Source of the DNA: Octopus bimaculoides
Lineage: Eukaryota
Assembly (NCBI RefSeq): GCF_001194135.2
Contig: NC_068983.1
Location: 59,540,508 to 59,604,507, forward strand
Length of the DNA stretch: 64,000 bases
Direction: 5' to 3'
Made by a program: the position numbers and the translations under genes. Positions 13,263 to 25,660 of this stretch are shown here, piece by piece. Within the stretch, counting starts at the first letter, position 1. Every line of letters begins with the position of its first letter. The notes under the pieces were generated by a model. That model searched no databases and was not told the origin of the DNA. It saw only the letters and a program-made list of their open reading frames with translations.

Positions 13263-13764
13263 CTGCAGCAAATGTAACTTGATTTCCTATCGTGATTTTT
13301 CTAATTTAGCTCTTATCTTCTTAGCATTGCAGAAGTTAAAGATAAGCCCTGGCACATAGGACTACACATGTCTTTAAAAGACAGTCTTTGTGCATCCACT
13401 AAAGCTGAATGCCACTTTCTATTACATTTTTTCTAACTACATTTCCGTGGTCATCCTCTTTATTTTCATATAACATTGCATTATTCTTAGAGTTAATGGT
13501 TGTTTTCAGACTCTTGACTTTTTCTGCCCTCCACTACAGAGTAAATCATTCAGTGTACAGCTTCACAGTTAAAAGTCAAGTAGAAATTGAATAAATTCTT
13601 TGAAACGATTTGTATATTCAGTATTTTATTACTTTTCTTTCACTACACTTATTGATTTCTTTGTCAATTTTGATCTTTTAGATTTGGAAAAAAAAATCTT
13701 TTTCATTAATTAATGATAAATATGATTATATATTTAAATATACAAAATCAAGATTATTGGTGCA

Positions 13765-13814
<50 letters not shown>

Positions 13815-14639
13815 TTTGGCTGAAGTTAGCATGCAAAACTTAACTTTTCTAGTAGACTCCAACATTCAGCAAACCAAGAGTTTTATGAAAAAAGTTAAGT
13901 TTCTTCAAAACAAGAAATATATTTCTGGTCTGAAGAAACAAAATTAAACATATAATTCAATGGAATATTGTTAATATTCTTCAACTCAACTGGCAAGCAT
14001 GGTCAATCAGTGTTGTGCTGCCTCTTCTATTATTCCTGAAACAGCCTCTCTTCATTTTGTTAAGCTTGTTGCATTGTCAAATCTTCCTTTTTTTATGACT
14101 GGCTTCCTGTAGAAGCATCATTTAAAAATGTGACATAATTGATCTCATCCACTTGTCCTAGCCCTTGAGTGCATTAGCTTTGAAGGCACAGGTATTGGGT
14201 TCAGATTTATTGTGTAGCACCTTGGGCAAATGTCTTCTGCTATAGTCGAATATTTCCTCATTCCAGAAATTCAGACAAAATTTATCATCATCATATTTTT
14301 ACGTCTGCTTTTTCCATATTGAGTTAGATGTAACTTACTGAGGCAGTATTCTCTTCCTGTCACTGACTCTTATCTGGTTTTTAAGCAAATTATTTTCATT
14401 CCACTCGTCTTCTTCACAGAACAAATTTGCTGAGGTGCAGGATGTACTGTCTATAGGAGATATAAACATAACATTGCTGTAACCTAAATAGTGTCAATAC
14501 AAAGTCACATGGAAATAAAAAAATGCACTTATAAAACATGCACACACATATGCATGCACTTCATATCAAACATATTACAGCTTTCTTGACCATTGTCAGT
14601 GTCATGTAACTGGTATCAGTGCTGGTGGCACATAAAATG

Positions 14640-14960
14640 CATCTTTCATGCGTTGGGCCTCACAGAGGCAATGACAGATGACTGAAACCTTTGGCAATAT
14701 GCTGTGCTTGAGAAGAAGGCCCATCAAACCAAGTGAAATCATAGTAGTGGCAGATACTAGTGTCATGCAACTGGCACCCTTTCCAGTGGCACGTAAAAGC
14801 ACCCATTACACTCTCAGAGTGGCTGATGTTAGGAAGGACATCCAGCCATAGAAACTTTACCAAATCAGACTGATGTCTGGTGCAGCCCCTCAGCTTACCA
14901 GCCCTGGTCAAACCATCCAACCCATGCCAGCATGGACAATAGACATTAGATGATGATGAT
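14640..14960 (+). mobile_element. RTE-clade LINE 3' end (ORF2 end, 3'UTR, (GAT)n tail)
   Basis: Translates HALGLTEAMTDD*NLWQYAVLEKKAHQTK*, an RTE-type C-terminal DRxxWxxxV motif with a probable CGA>TGA stop; ends ...CATGCCAGCATGGACAATAGACATTAGATGATGATGATG. Confidence 0.75.
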
Positions 14961-16317
14961 GAAAGCAATATATTCCTATAAAAAACAATATTCAACCACT
15001 AAACTTCTGATGGATGTAGGGATCTAATGTTGACACATGTAATGAATTAATTGTCCTTCAAAGAATTTAACAGTTGCTAAGAGTTTCATTGACTAATCAA
15101 TGAACACTTGAGAAGACTGTAAGAAAACTTTCCTGATGGGGTATAAATATGACTGAAACATGTTTGTAGCTGTCACTTTACCCAATCTAATTTCCCCACT
15201 AAGTACAACTGAACCCAAAAACACATGCTTGAGAAGCAAGCTTCATAATCACACAGCCATGCCTATGCTTACAATAAATGAATTTCAATTCATTTTTTTT
15301 TTTTTCATATCACATTCAGTACATCATCAGCTCCTGAGTCATCTAAATTTATACCATTGGACCAGTTGATTTACTTCCTTTACATCACGTTTTGTGATTG
15401 AAAAACATTGGTTATGCAGTTAAAAAAAAACTTCTTGCAATTATATTAACTTGTAGGTTTAAAATTGCCTTTCATTACACTTCGTTTCTGTTAGAAATGG
15501 GACTAACACATAGATATTTCAAATAGTTAACAATTTTTTCTCACAAGTTTTCTGCTAAGTGTAAGCATTAAGGGCATGCATGATTGGTAGCTATTCATTA
15601 GTAACTTATATCACTTTATGACTTCCTCTTTTAAATTCTAGTCTGCCATTATCTTCACATAAGTCTCCTAGTTATTTTTCAGCTAGCTAAATTGAAGCAT
15701 AAGGTATACAGATAACCTTCTTTAATAGCTTAATTTTGTGTTATTGCTTGTTGCAATGTTTGAAGTTGTATTTTTATGTGTCTAACGTTTCTCTGTTCTT
15801 AATTATATGAAACAACTTAGTATATGTCTGAAAGAAGGTTTTACCAGATTAATGTCACATATAATATTGATGTAGCAAACATCAACAAACTGTTCAAGGT
15901 GATAGAGAAATTGAAGAGGATAAGGAAACATAAAGACATAAAGCCTCAGTTTCTAGATACAAAATTTAAGTATGCATGGCAGTTAGACTGCAGTTAACTT
16001 GCAGTTAAATTGCACATGAAGGAAAGCAAGTCAATGAGATATGGGAAATAGATTTTGTCATGACATATATTCATATATTAGAGAAGTTTGCCTTGGTTGA
16101 TAGTTCTATAGTGATAAAAGAACTTTGCAACTAAATCTCTGAGTTGCTGAAACTGAAAAATGGCCAACCACACTGAAAATAAAGTTGCTTCTAGCTGTAC
16201 TGTTCTCTTGAATAATACTAATGGTAAACAATGTTTCTAGTTTTTAATAGAATGCAAATTAGTTACTATTTTGATTTTATTGTTAATCCAAAAGGTTTGA
16301 AATAATCAAACTCTTTG

Positions 16318-16672
16318 TCATTATCTTTCTTTTACTTGTTTCCATCATCAGACTGCAGCCATTCAAGAATTTTAGTCAAGCAAAGCAATCCCAATACTTA
16401 TTTTTTAAAATCAATCAATCTCTTTTTCTTAATCACTAAGTTACAGAGAGGAACACACCAACACTGGTTATCAAGCAGTAAGGCAGTGACAAACACATAG
16501 ATATACACATATATATTATGATAGGCTTCTTTCAGTTTCTATCTACCAAATCCACTCTCAAGGATTTGATCAGCCCAAGTTTATAGTAGAAGACACTTGC
16601 TCGAGGTGTAATGCAGTGATACTGAACCCAAAACCATGTGGTTGTGAAGCAAGCTTCTTACCACACGGCAAC
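16318..16672 (-). mobile_element. SINE family A (tail A)
   Basis: Same structure as 11990-12445. Confidence 0.8.
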
Positions 16673-17242
16673 ATCTGCAGTTATTTGTATAAACTTTTAT
16701 AAGGAAGTTTATAGTGACTTTGGAGGTTTGGCTTGTTCACCTTCATCACACTAATAATATTAATTTGATTAGGATCTCAAGACTGATTGAATAAAGCAAG
16801 CAAACCAAAACTATAAAGTTATTGTTAACCTTTGTCTTGTAAAAGTTAATATGTACTAAACTAAAAGAGCATGGTGTAATCCTTCAGTTTAATGTTAAAT
16901 TAATTTTATATATAACTTAAAATAAACACACACACACACACACACAGTGAAGGAGAATGGGAGAGAGAGAGAGAGAAAGAGAGAGATAAGCAGGGTGATT
17001 TACCATTAAATTGTTTAACTAGTCTTTCTTTTAGTATCCACAATTACTAGTTTTCCTCATTCTCATAAGGTATTCACAAAAATTTTACAACTTTCATCAT
17101 ATCTCTCTTCCATCTTCTAAACAAATTAGGGCTGTGGACCAAGAGAATTGTTAGAGCATCAGGAGATGCCTTGTGGCCTGTGTTCCAGCTCTTGGCATTC
17201 TGTGCTCAAATCCTGTCCTGGCTAGTTGAGTGGTAGACTTAC

Positions 17243-17405
17243 TCTATTCTTTTGTTCTAACACCACCACTTGGCCCTTTAAACACATTTAGCATGGTCCA
17301 CTCAGTTGTACGTCTTGGAGCCTGGTCTCTGATTTCAGGATATCTTTCTTCGCATCTCCCACCATTCTTGGAGGTCATTTAAAAAGTCATGGGCAATGTC
17401 TCCTC
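17243..17405 (-). pseudogene. Exon-like segment with strong splice sites but an apparent frameshift
   Basis: Acceptor CCTCTTTTATTCAG, donor GA|GTAAGT; GDIAHDFLNDLQEWWEMRRKIS* in one frame overlaps RYPEIRDQAPRRTTEWTMLNVFKGPSGGVRTKE* in another. Confidence 0.3.
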
Positions 17406-17444
17406 CTGAATAAAAGAGGCATGGGTGTACGTATATGTGTTATG

Positions 17445-17765
17445 AAGGTGCGTGGCAAAGTGGTTCAGGCATTTGGCTCCCAATCTTAAGATCATGAATT
17501 TGATATCTGGCAGCACGTTGTATCCTTCAGCAAGACAATTTGTTTCACTATACTTCAGTCCACTCTGCTAGCAAAAATGAGTAGCACCTGTAATTTAGAG
17601 GATCAGCCTTCTTACATTCCATGTCATGCTGAATCTCTCTGAGAACTACATTAAGGGTACATGTGCCTGTGGAGTGCTCAGCCACTTGCATGTTAATTTC
17701 ACAAGCAATCTATTCTATTGATCTGATCAACTGGAATCCTGGTAGTTGTAACCACTGGAACGCTA
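17445..17765 (+). mobile_element. SINE family B, near full length
   Basis: A-box-like TGGCAAAGTGG, CORE-like TGTATCCTTCAGCAAGACA, tail ...GATCAACTGGAATCC. Confidence 0.8.
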
Positions 17766-18960
17766 GTTTCTATTTTTATTGTGTGTGTATATTTCTCTGT
17801 ATAATGTGTGGTGTTTTGCAGTTATTGCAAACATCAAGAAACAAGGGAAAAAATAAACCAAATTGGAGCAAAGAACTTCTAACCATCACTATTCTTGTTG
17901 CTTCTAATGTTGCATTTTCCCCTTTTCTGTTAATTGTCACATCAAAGTGAACAGACTGAGTAATTTCTATCACTTGTTCCAACAAGTTTTCTCACTTCAG
18001 TCATAATGTAACAAGATAATTGTAACATAGTCTGCAGCCATATTAACAGACATTAAGTAGATTAAAAACTCTCTCTATAGTTAATAGCATTAATAAGATT
18101 ACTAACCCCCGACCACCTCCACCATGACCACTGCCACCACCCATTGCCATAGTTACAAGAGGAAATAGTGATTCATACATAAAAAGAATAATTAGATCAA
18201 ATTAAACACCAATACAAATGAGTAGAAACTAAGACAATACTGCCATAAATGAAAAGATTGTTTATAAGAATCAATTGTTCCAAATAGATCAGGGCATAAA
18301 ACCATTTTCGAGTTGCAGCAGAGAAATGCTTTTGAATAAAATTTTACCAGTATTAATTTCTGATATTTATTTCCTGTTTATTTTGTTTTGTTGCTGTTGT
18401 TTGTCTTCATAATTGTATCAGAAATTGCATCCATCGCTTAAAACAATTCTTCAGAATTTAAAGATTGAGAAAAAAAGTAACAAAATAAAATCACTTGCTT
18501 TATTAATTATCAAAAAAGAAAATAGACATTGTCATATCTGTTCCATTCTGCTTAAATCTTTATCTATTATTGGATATTTACTTACTTTTGTCTTCAATCT
18601 TTAGTTACATATCATATAGCATTATCCAACCACATAAAAATAAGTTAACACTTTTATGTCGGGCTCCATTTTGTTAGTTTTATTTTTTCATGCTTACATA
18701 GTATTAATGATTTTTATGGCTTTTCACAAATTCCTTGTAGTTATTTTATTGAAGCTACCAATTAGAATAAATATCTATTTCCTCTTTCATAATTGCCTAT
18801 TTCCAATGAAATTTTCTCTCCGTTTCACAAATTAATTCTTTGTGAATTAAAAAGTAAAAAATGATGGCAATTAAATTTTTGGTTTGGCAGTATAAGGTTT
18901 AAGTTAATTTGGTTGCCTTTCTTTCTTAAAATAGAAATAAGTATTATATATATATTGTAA

Positions 18961-19604
18961 TTAAATATTTTATTACCATATTTCTGTTGAAATATACTGC
19001 TTTCTTTCAATTAATTTTGAAAATAATGAAGAATTTAGTAAAACACCTTTGTCATTATTTAGCTGGTATTTCAAACATAAATTAACACAAAATTTTGATG
19101 GTAGGTTTTAATTTAGATTACTTTAAACAGTAAGTTAGTATCACAGAAGCAGGATTGGTATCAAAAGGGTTAACCCTTTCATTACCATATTTCCATTAAA
19201 ATACACTACCTTTATTTTAATTAATTTTGAAAATGATGAACGATTTAGTATAAAACCTTTGTCATTATTAAACTGGTGTTTTATTAGGTGGACAAAATGT
19301 TGCTAAGCATTTTGTCTGGCTTTACATTCTGAGTTCAATTTCTACTGAGGTCAACTGTACCTTTCATCTTTTTCAGGTCAATAAAATAGGTACCAGCTAT
19401 GCACTGAGGTCAATACAATCAGCTTCCCCTTCTTTTCAAAAACTGGCCCTGAGTCAAAATTTGAAAACATTATTAAGATGGTGTTTGGAATAAAAACTGA
19501 CAAAATATTTTGATGGAAGGTTCCAATCTAGATCACTTTAACACAAGAAGTTTGTACCATAGAACTCAGGGCAGTCTCAGGCAGGTTGAGTCAAAAAAGT
19601 TAAA
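18961..19604 (-). mobile_element. Two head-to-tail piggyBac-type MITE copies sharing one TTAA; the second contains a family C SINE (~19286-19470)
   Basis: Junction AAAGGG-TTAA-CCCTTT at 19164-19179; SINE flanked by CATTATTAAACTGGTGTTT (19263-19281) and CATTATTAAGATGGTGTTT (from ~19468). Confidence 0.75.
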
Positions 19605-19650
19605 ATAGGAAAAGAAAAAAAAAAACAGTAAAAGTTTTTTATAGAAGACC

Positions 19651-19841
19651 AGACATGGTGATGTGGCTAAGAAGTTTGTGACCTTGTGGCTTGGGATTCA
19701 GTGCCTCTGAGTGGCACCTTGAGCCAGTACCTCTCACTATAGTTTTGAGCTGGCTAATTCCTTTGCAAGTAGATTTGATAGACAGGAATTATGTGGGAGC
19801 CCATTGTATATATGCACACATGCACACACACATGCACATAC

Positions 19842-19886
<45 letters not shown>

Positions 19887-20168
19887 TGTGCCAGGTATAA
19901 AAATAAGCACTTGGAGTAATTAACTTGATTAAGCCATTCAAGGAGATGCCCCAACATGACCACATGTATATGGATACATATACATACATATGTGTGTGTG
20001 TGTGTGTGACAGAATTTCATACATGTTTTGATTACCAAATGCAATTGCAAAGTATTGATGGGGCTGGGCTATAGCAAAAAATACGTGCCCAAGGTAATGT
20101 GCAGTGAGATGGAAGTCAAAACCACATGGTTATAAAGTGAACTTTTCATCCACACAGCCATTCCTGTG
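19651..20168. mobile_element. Family A SINE (+, 19651-19965) followed by an inverted family A head (-, 20005-20168)
   Basis: Head motifs on opposite strands, separated by CA/TG tracts. Confidence 0.7.
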
Positions 20169-20387
20169 CTTATCATCTTTTCTTATTAGCATAAATATTA
20201 AAAACATTGGCTTTTGTATTTATGTTCATCTTAATTATATGATCGTGTTTGATGGTATGATACATAAATGAAATGCAAAATAAATTCTTATTTTAATAAA
20301 GGGCATCGTAATTATAAACCAATACAAAAATTATGGAAATATTAACAAACTCTATTTCATTGTGATAGGGGCAACCTAGTAGATTTG

Positions 20388-20578
20388 TTAGAGTATCAGA
20401 AAAAACTTTGTGGCATTCATTCTAGCTTTTTATGTTCAAATTCTGTCAAAGTCAACTATATTTTTATCCTTCCAAAGTTGATAAAAAAAGTACCAGTCCA
20501 GTACTGAGGTCAGCATCTTTGCTTGACACCCACCCGTCAAGGTTGCTTCCTTTGTACCTAAATTAGAAATAACTATCA
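20388..20578 (+). mobile_element. SINE family C, old copy
   Basis: GTTCAAATTC...GTCAACT...TCCTTCCAAAGTTGATAAAAAAAGTACCAG. Confidence 0.6.
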
Positions 20579-20935
20579 TACGATATCTCTTGTAATATTA
20601 TCATGATCTCAAGCTCTCTGAGAACTTAAAAAACCCAAAAGCTGAGAATATTACATATATATGGAGCAATCAAACTTGAACTAACCATTTTAAATATTAT
20701 TTTTGCTGATGCATCAAATGTTAGTAAGCAAAGATGGCCTGAAATACATTAAGACCACAATCTCTGATAAGTGATTTAAGCATTTCATTAAGCCTAAAAT
20801 TACCACATATAATATCATTGAGCCATAATTGATTTGTTACAATTTATTCAAGGTAATACATCAAGGTTAAACAAGAAAAAAGAAAAATATTGTTTTGCTA
20901 CGGTAACCCCTCCCTCTGTGTGTGTGTGTGTTTAT

Positions 20936-20967
<32 letters not shown>

Positions 20968-22530
20968 GTATGGTGTGACTATATATATTTTCTCTGAAAA
21001 TCAATGAATTATAAGAGATGTATCTGGATGTGAAACAATGCCTTAATAATATATTTGTGTAACAAATGCTCACTTGGAAAATGGACAGGTGGAGGAACAA
21101 ATATGACTGTGTATCTGTCAAAGCGATTAATGATTCTGTATTATATTGTTTTATGTATATATATATATATATATAAAATCTGTTTATTCATTTAAATCCA
21201 AAAGTTTTATCGTGTCATTATTCAGAGTTTTGAATGAATAAACAGATAATAAAATTCTACTTCAAAATCTAAGTACTGCAATTTCTTGTTTGTGGGCACC
21301 TAAGATCAAGCCATATATTCATAAGCGTGCGTATGTGGTATTGTGTGCTTATATACTTCTATGCAGGGTTGTTTGCATTATTTTTTTTTGTTTTTTATAA
21401 TGCTTTCAAATTCATTTATGCCAATCTTTCTAGCAAGGATTAAATATCAGAGTCACAAATGCAATAAAGGTAAACCTAAAAATCATTTTCTGTTCCCTAG
21501 ATTCTTTAATAGAGATTTTAGTATAGATTCTTGTTTTCTTTTAAATTCTATCAAATTAAATAATAAAATTAAATTTAATGCTATCTTTTGAATTTCTTTG
21601 ATTGTTTTCCCATGTGTCTTGGCTCCAGTTAGCTTCCAATGTGCTTCAGTGGTTTTATGATAACAGAAAGTTAATGCAAACACTGAAAGAAAAAAGTCAA
21701 TATTTACTAGCAAAAATAGACATTTTACAGCACTGAGAGAGTAAGAAAACATGTAATCCAAGTACAAACTAGCTTTTATTTATTTTCTACGTTTTGTTCT
21801 TATTAAAATAAAATAACATATATAGATGTTCTATTTTTACTATTACTCAGCCGATCAGAATTGTACACAATTTGATAAAATTGAATGATGGATAAGGGAA
21901 TATGTGAGGTTTGATAGACAAAATGATGCTTTACTTTTTATTTTTTTCTCCTATGATTGAATGATTGAATGCATGCTAACAGTAAGAAGAGTCAAAGTAT
22001 TTTGTCATTTTTAGACATTCTAAACTAATTTTACACTGTGATACAGTAGTTTGGAACCTGAGTAGTTGTCATCTTAGACTACTTACTTCTGTGTAGGAGA
22101 TAATACTAAAATGGTATGTAACAATAAGTAAAAATAACGTGCGCTACTGTATTATTTTTAACAAAGAATTATATTCTAAAAACTCACAGAATAAGGAAAG
22201 AAATCTGAGCAGTAAAAGAAATGACAAATTGCTACTCTTACATAAAATTTTATATCTGAAATCCTAGAGGCTTGACAAAATTGTCATAAAATTGAATATG
22301 TTATTGTTTTGAAGTTAAAATTTTGATTTGTCTTTTGGGTTTTTTTTTAAATGCATTTTGAAAAAATACATAGAATTTATATTCTCTGGTGATTTACAGG
22401 ATAGCTTTTGCTTTTGGCTATCTGTGAAAGCTGCTTTTATTTATACATATGTGGATATTGGAATTTTCCATTTTAGCCTGTTTTTAAGCATGTTAGAAAG
22501 TGTGAAATTATTTTGGAATCACTAACTTAC

Positions 22531-22625
22531 ACCCCCACCAAAACATGCTGGAACAGATCATTTAGAAGATTTTTCCATTCACCTCTCATTAGGATGAATA
22601 AATTTTCATTGTTTCTTTTATTCAT
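22531..22625 (-). CDS. Candidate coding exon MNKRNNENLFILMRGEWKNLLNDLFQHVLVG(V), unknown product
   Basis: Strong acceptor TGATATTTTTTACAG and donor GT|GTAAGT; 95 nt, only the phase-0 frame is open; unique sequence. Confidence 0.5.
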
Positions 22626-22769
22626 CTGTAAAAAATATCAATTTATTGCCCTTATTTTATTAATTTTTTAAAATTTTGCCTATTTTAATTCAACATACAG
22701 AGTGCGGCAAAAAATTACCTCCCACAATTTACAGGTTTGGTTAATCTACATTACTCAGTAAGGAGCATA

Positions 22770-22985
22770 GGGCTGTTTCCTGATTTCTCTACCATATACA
22801 TTCCTCCCTGGATGAGACACCAATCTGTCACAAGATTACTCATTTTTACCAGCTGAATGGACTGGAGCAATGTGAAATGAAGTGTTTTGCTTAAGAACAC
22901 GATGCCTTGCTCATTCCAAGAATCAAAACCACAATCTTACAGTCATGAGTATAACACCTTAACCACTATGCCATTTGCCTCCACA
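22770..22985 (-). mobile_element. SINE with family B head/CORE-like block but a different tail
   Basis: CATTTTTACCAGCTGAATGGACTGGAGCAA...TTAACCACTATGCCATTTGCCTCC; tail unlike 17445-17765. Confidence 0.7.
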
Positions 22986-23199
22986 GGCTTGGGAGGTTTT
23001 TCTCTCACAACCTATAAAATTATTAACTGTCACCCATCAAAAACTTACTGAAATTTAGATATTTTCCACCATAATCCATTATAAGTGTGAATACTATCAG
23101 TGAGCCATTATGAAGTCACTTCACAATCATATACTTCCGGTTCTGATTTTACTGTGCAGCACCTCAAGCAATTGGGTTTTTTTTGGGTTTTTTTCAGAA

Positions 23200-23660
23200 T
23201 ACCAGTTCTGGGTCAACCTGACATTCTGTAGGAGACATAATCACTTATATATTAATCTGACCTTACCACTTCTCATACATTTCATTCACTTCCCTTGCTT
23301 ACTTTTCACTGTTTAGCACACATTACTTTCCCACCCAGCAATCATTGTCCATGCTAGTGCAACTCATCTCCTCTTGCACACATGTACTAAATGCTCATCT
23401 ATTTTCCTTGCTATTCTTGCACTCTACTTTCCATGAAAGTTAGTTCTGAACAGCCTATCGATAATCTGTTTCATTTCCAGCTTCTATGGCTCATCTGTTG
23501 TGCTACGATGCAGCTTAACACTTTCTCTGTGTACATTATATTATCTGACTTTTGCACAAAAAAAAAATCCACTTTATTTTCAAGGGAGGTAACAATTCTC
23601 TTAACTCCTCCCACTATTTTTTATGATGGTTTCTGTCACTTTGTTGCTCTTTACTACTTC
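23200..23660 (-). mobile_element. Heavily decayed LINE remnant (RTE-like)
   Basis: Minus-strand pieces LEMKQIIDRLFRTNFHG..RIARKIDEHLVHVCKRR*VALAW resemble the RTE region before RRxRWxGH. Confidence 0.3.
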
Positions 23661-24062
23661 TACTGATCTATTTCAATAGTTTGCGAACAATATACGTGTG
23701 TGAGTGTCTGTATGTATGTATATGTGCATTCACACATCTGCATACATATATTATGCATGTATATTAGTCTTTTGGGTTTCATTCTGAAGAATTGGAAACT
23801 GTTACATGAAATTGATAATCTTTAGTGGGATAATATTTATATCTCTAGTGGATATTGATTTCAGCAAGTACAGTTATCTTCAAGTATTTAACTTATAGCA
23901 ATTTTGGCCATTTATGAAAATATCCACCATTATGGCAGGGTATAAATGTAATGGATGTGAGAAATTACTAACGGTTGCCATCTGCATGAAATTCCATAAT
24001 TGAGTAAGTGCTAACAAATTTAATGTTATGAAAAAAACAACTACAATTAATCACAAGCTTAC

Positions 24063-24098
24063 TTTTGCAGTTCGGAGAAAATATAAATTCACTGACAA
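24063..24098 (-). CDS. Candidate 36-nt exon LSVNLYFLRTAK
   Basis: Pyrimidine-rich acceptor ...TTGACAG, donor AAA|GTAAGC; phase-compatible with 22625-22531; could be chance. Confidence 0.25.
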
Positions 24099-24420
24099 CT
24101 GTCAATAAATTTGGTCAAAATTAAAACAAAGGGGAAGTAACTTAGAAATTTTAAATAATTAAAAGTTTAATTCTTTTTACTGTTAGGAAATTAAAATATT
24201 TGCTCAGCGTCTAATGTAAATTTAATCTAATCTTTGGCAACTGATAAACTCAGTCATGTTTTGATCTTATTTATATCTTTTCAGTACTTGTGATGTTTAT
24301 CTAGTCATAGAGTTGTCACTCTTTTGCTTTGACAATATTTCATTAATAATAGTCATTGAATCTGTTCTCATTTCTACACTCCAAAAATTATTTTAATTTG
24401 ATAAAATTTTATTTTTTTAT

Positions 24421-24610
24421 TCACCGCATTATTTCAACTCCTACGTTCTGAGTTCAAATTCCGCCAAGGTCGACTTTGCCTTTCATCTTTTCAGGGTCGA
24501 TTAAATAAGTACCACTTATACACTGGAGTCGATATAATCGACTTAATCCGTTTGTCTGTCCTTGTTTGTTCCCTCTGTGTTTAGCCCCTTGTGGGAAGTA
24601 AAGAAATGAG
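24421..24610 (+). mobile_element. SINE family C, young subfamily, 5'-truncated
   Basis: Closely matches 4730-4900, CpGs retained. Confidence 0.85.
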
Positions 24611-25235
24611 ATAAATGTAATTAGACAAAGTAGTAAACACCAATTAGATTATAATCCAGAATCCAAAATATGTTGTTGACAAATCTTTTTCTTGCTTTCC
24701 CTTAAAATAGCTTTGTTTTTTAGTTATTCTCTGCTGATTCCATGTCGGTTGTGTTCTGTTCAATTATTGTTATAATAACAATATAAGCAATGTATAATAT
24801 ATTATAATATAATTGTTATACTAACAATATATTGTTGACATACTATGGTCAAATTGTTAAGGAGTTTACTTCACAAGCACAAGATCGCAGCTATGATCCC
24901 ACTGTGCATAATCTTTGGAAAGTGTCATTTTCTATAGCCTCAGGGCAACTCATAATTTGTGAGTGAAAGTGGGAAAGCTGAAACAGTGGAAGCTCACAAG
25001 GTAGATTGTATCTATAATTTAAAAGATAGGTCTTGTCATACATTGTGTATTGTTGATTCTGCTTGAGCCTGTCAAAGGCTCAGGCACTAATGCATTAATC
25101 CAGGAACAAGTAATTCAGATGATCAAGCAACAAAATCCTTGTTGCTGAGAGACAGATGTACTACCACACCACCACCACCTTGCATCTAGTAATACTTACA
25201 TTTTACTTTGAGAATAAACTGAAAATATTAGGTGT

Positions 25236-25393
25236 AGGTGTGGCTGTTTCATGAAATGTTTGCTTCCCAACCACTTGGCTCCAGATTCGGTCCCATTGCA
25301 TGGCATCTTGAGCAAGTGTCTTTAACTGTAGCTTTATTCTGACCAAAGCCTTGTGAGCAGATTGGATAGACAGAAACTAAAAGAAGCCTGTTG

Positions 25394-25429
<36 letters not shown>

Positions 25430-25660
25430 ATGTGCATGTGCATGTGTCTGTTTGTCACCCACCACCACTTGACAATCAATGCTGGTGTGTTTACGTCCCC
25501 ATAACCTAGTGGTTCAGCAAAAAGAGACCAATAGAATAAGCACCAGGCTTAGGGGAAAAAAGTACTGGGTTGATTTGTTTGACTAAACCCTCCAACACAG
25601 TGCTCCAGCATGGCTGCAGTCTAATGACTGAAACAAGTAAATGACAAAAGATAAAAGATA
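25236..25660 (+). mobile_element. SINE family A, full length (tail A)
   Basis: Head, internal (TG)n 25395-25445, tail ending TGAAACAAGTAAATGACAAAAGATAAAAGATA. Confidence 0.9.

Noticed and set aside
14395-14490. Plus-strand exon after strong acceptor TCTTCTTCACAG
   Set aside because: The acceptor lies in an antisense SINE tail, and the frame stops after 20 codons without a good donor.
17776-17985. Serpin reactive-loop-like peptide (VHFDVTINRKGENATLEAT...)
   Set aside because: Resemblance is superficial, the hinge consensus is not met and there is no usable acceptor.
21483-21682. Minus-strand terminal exon after a strong acceptor
   Set aside because: Phase does not join the 22625-22531 exon without an unsupported 14-nt micro-exon, and the opposite strand is similarly open.
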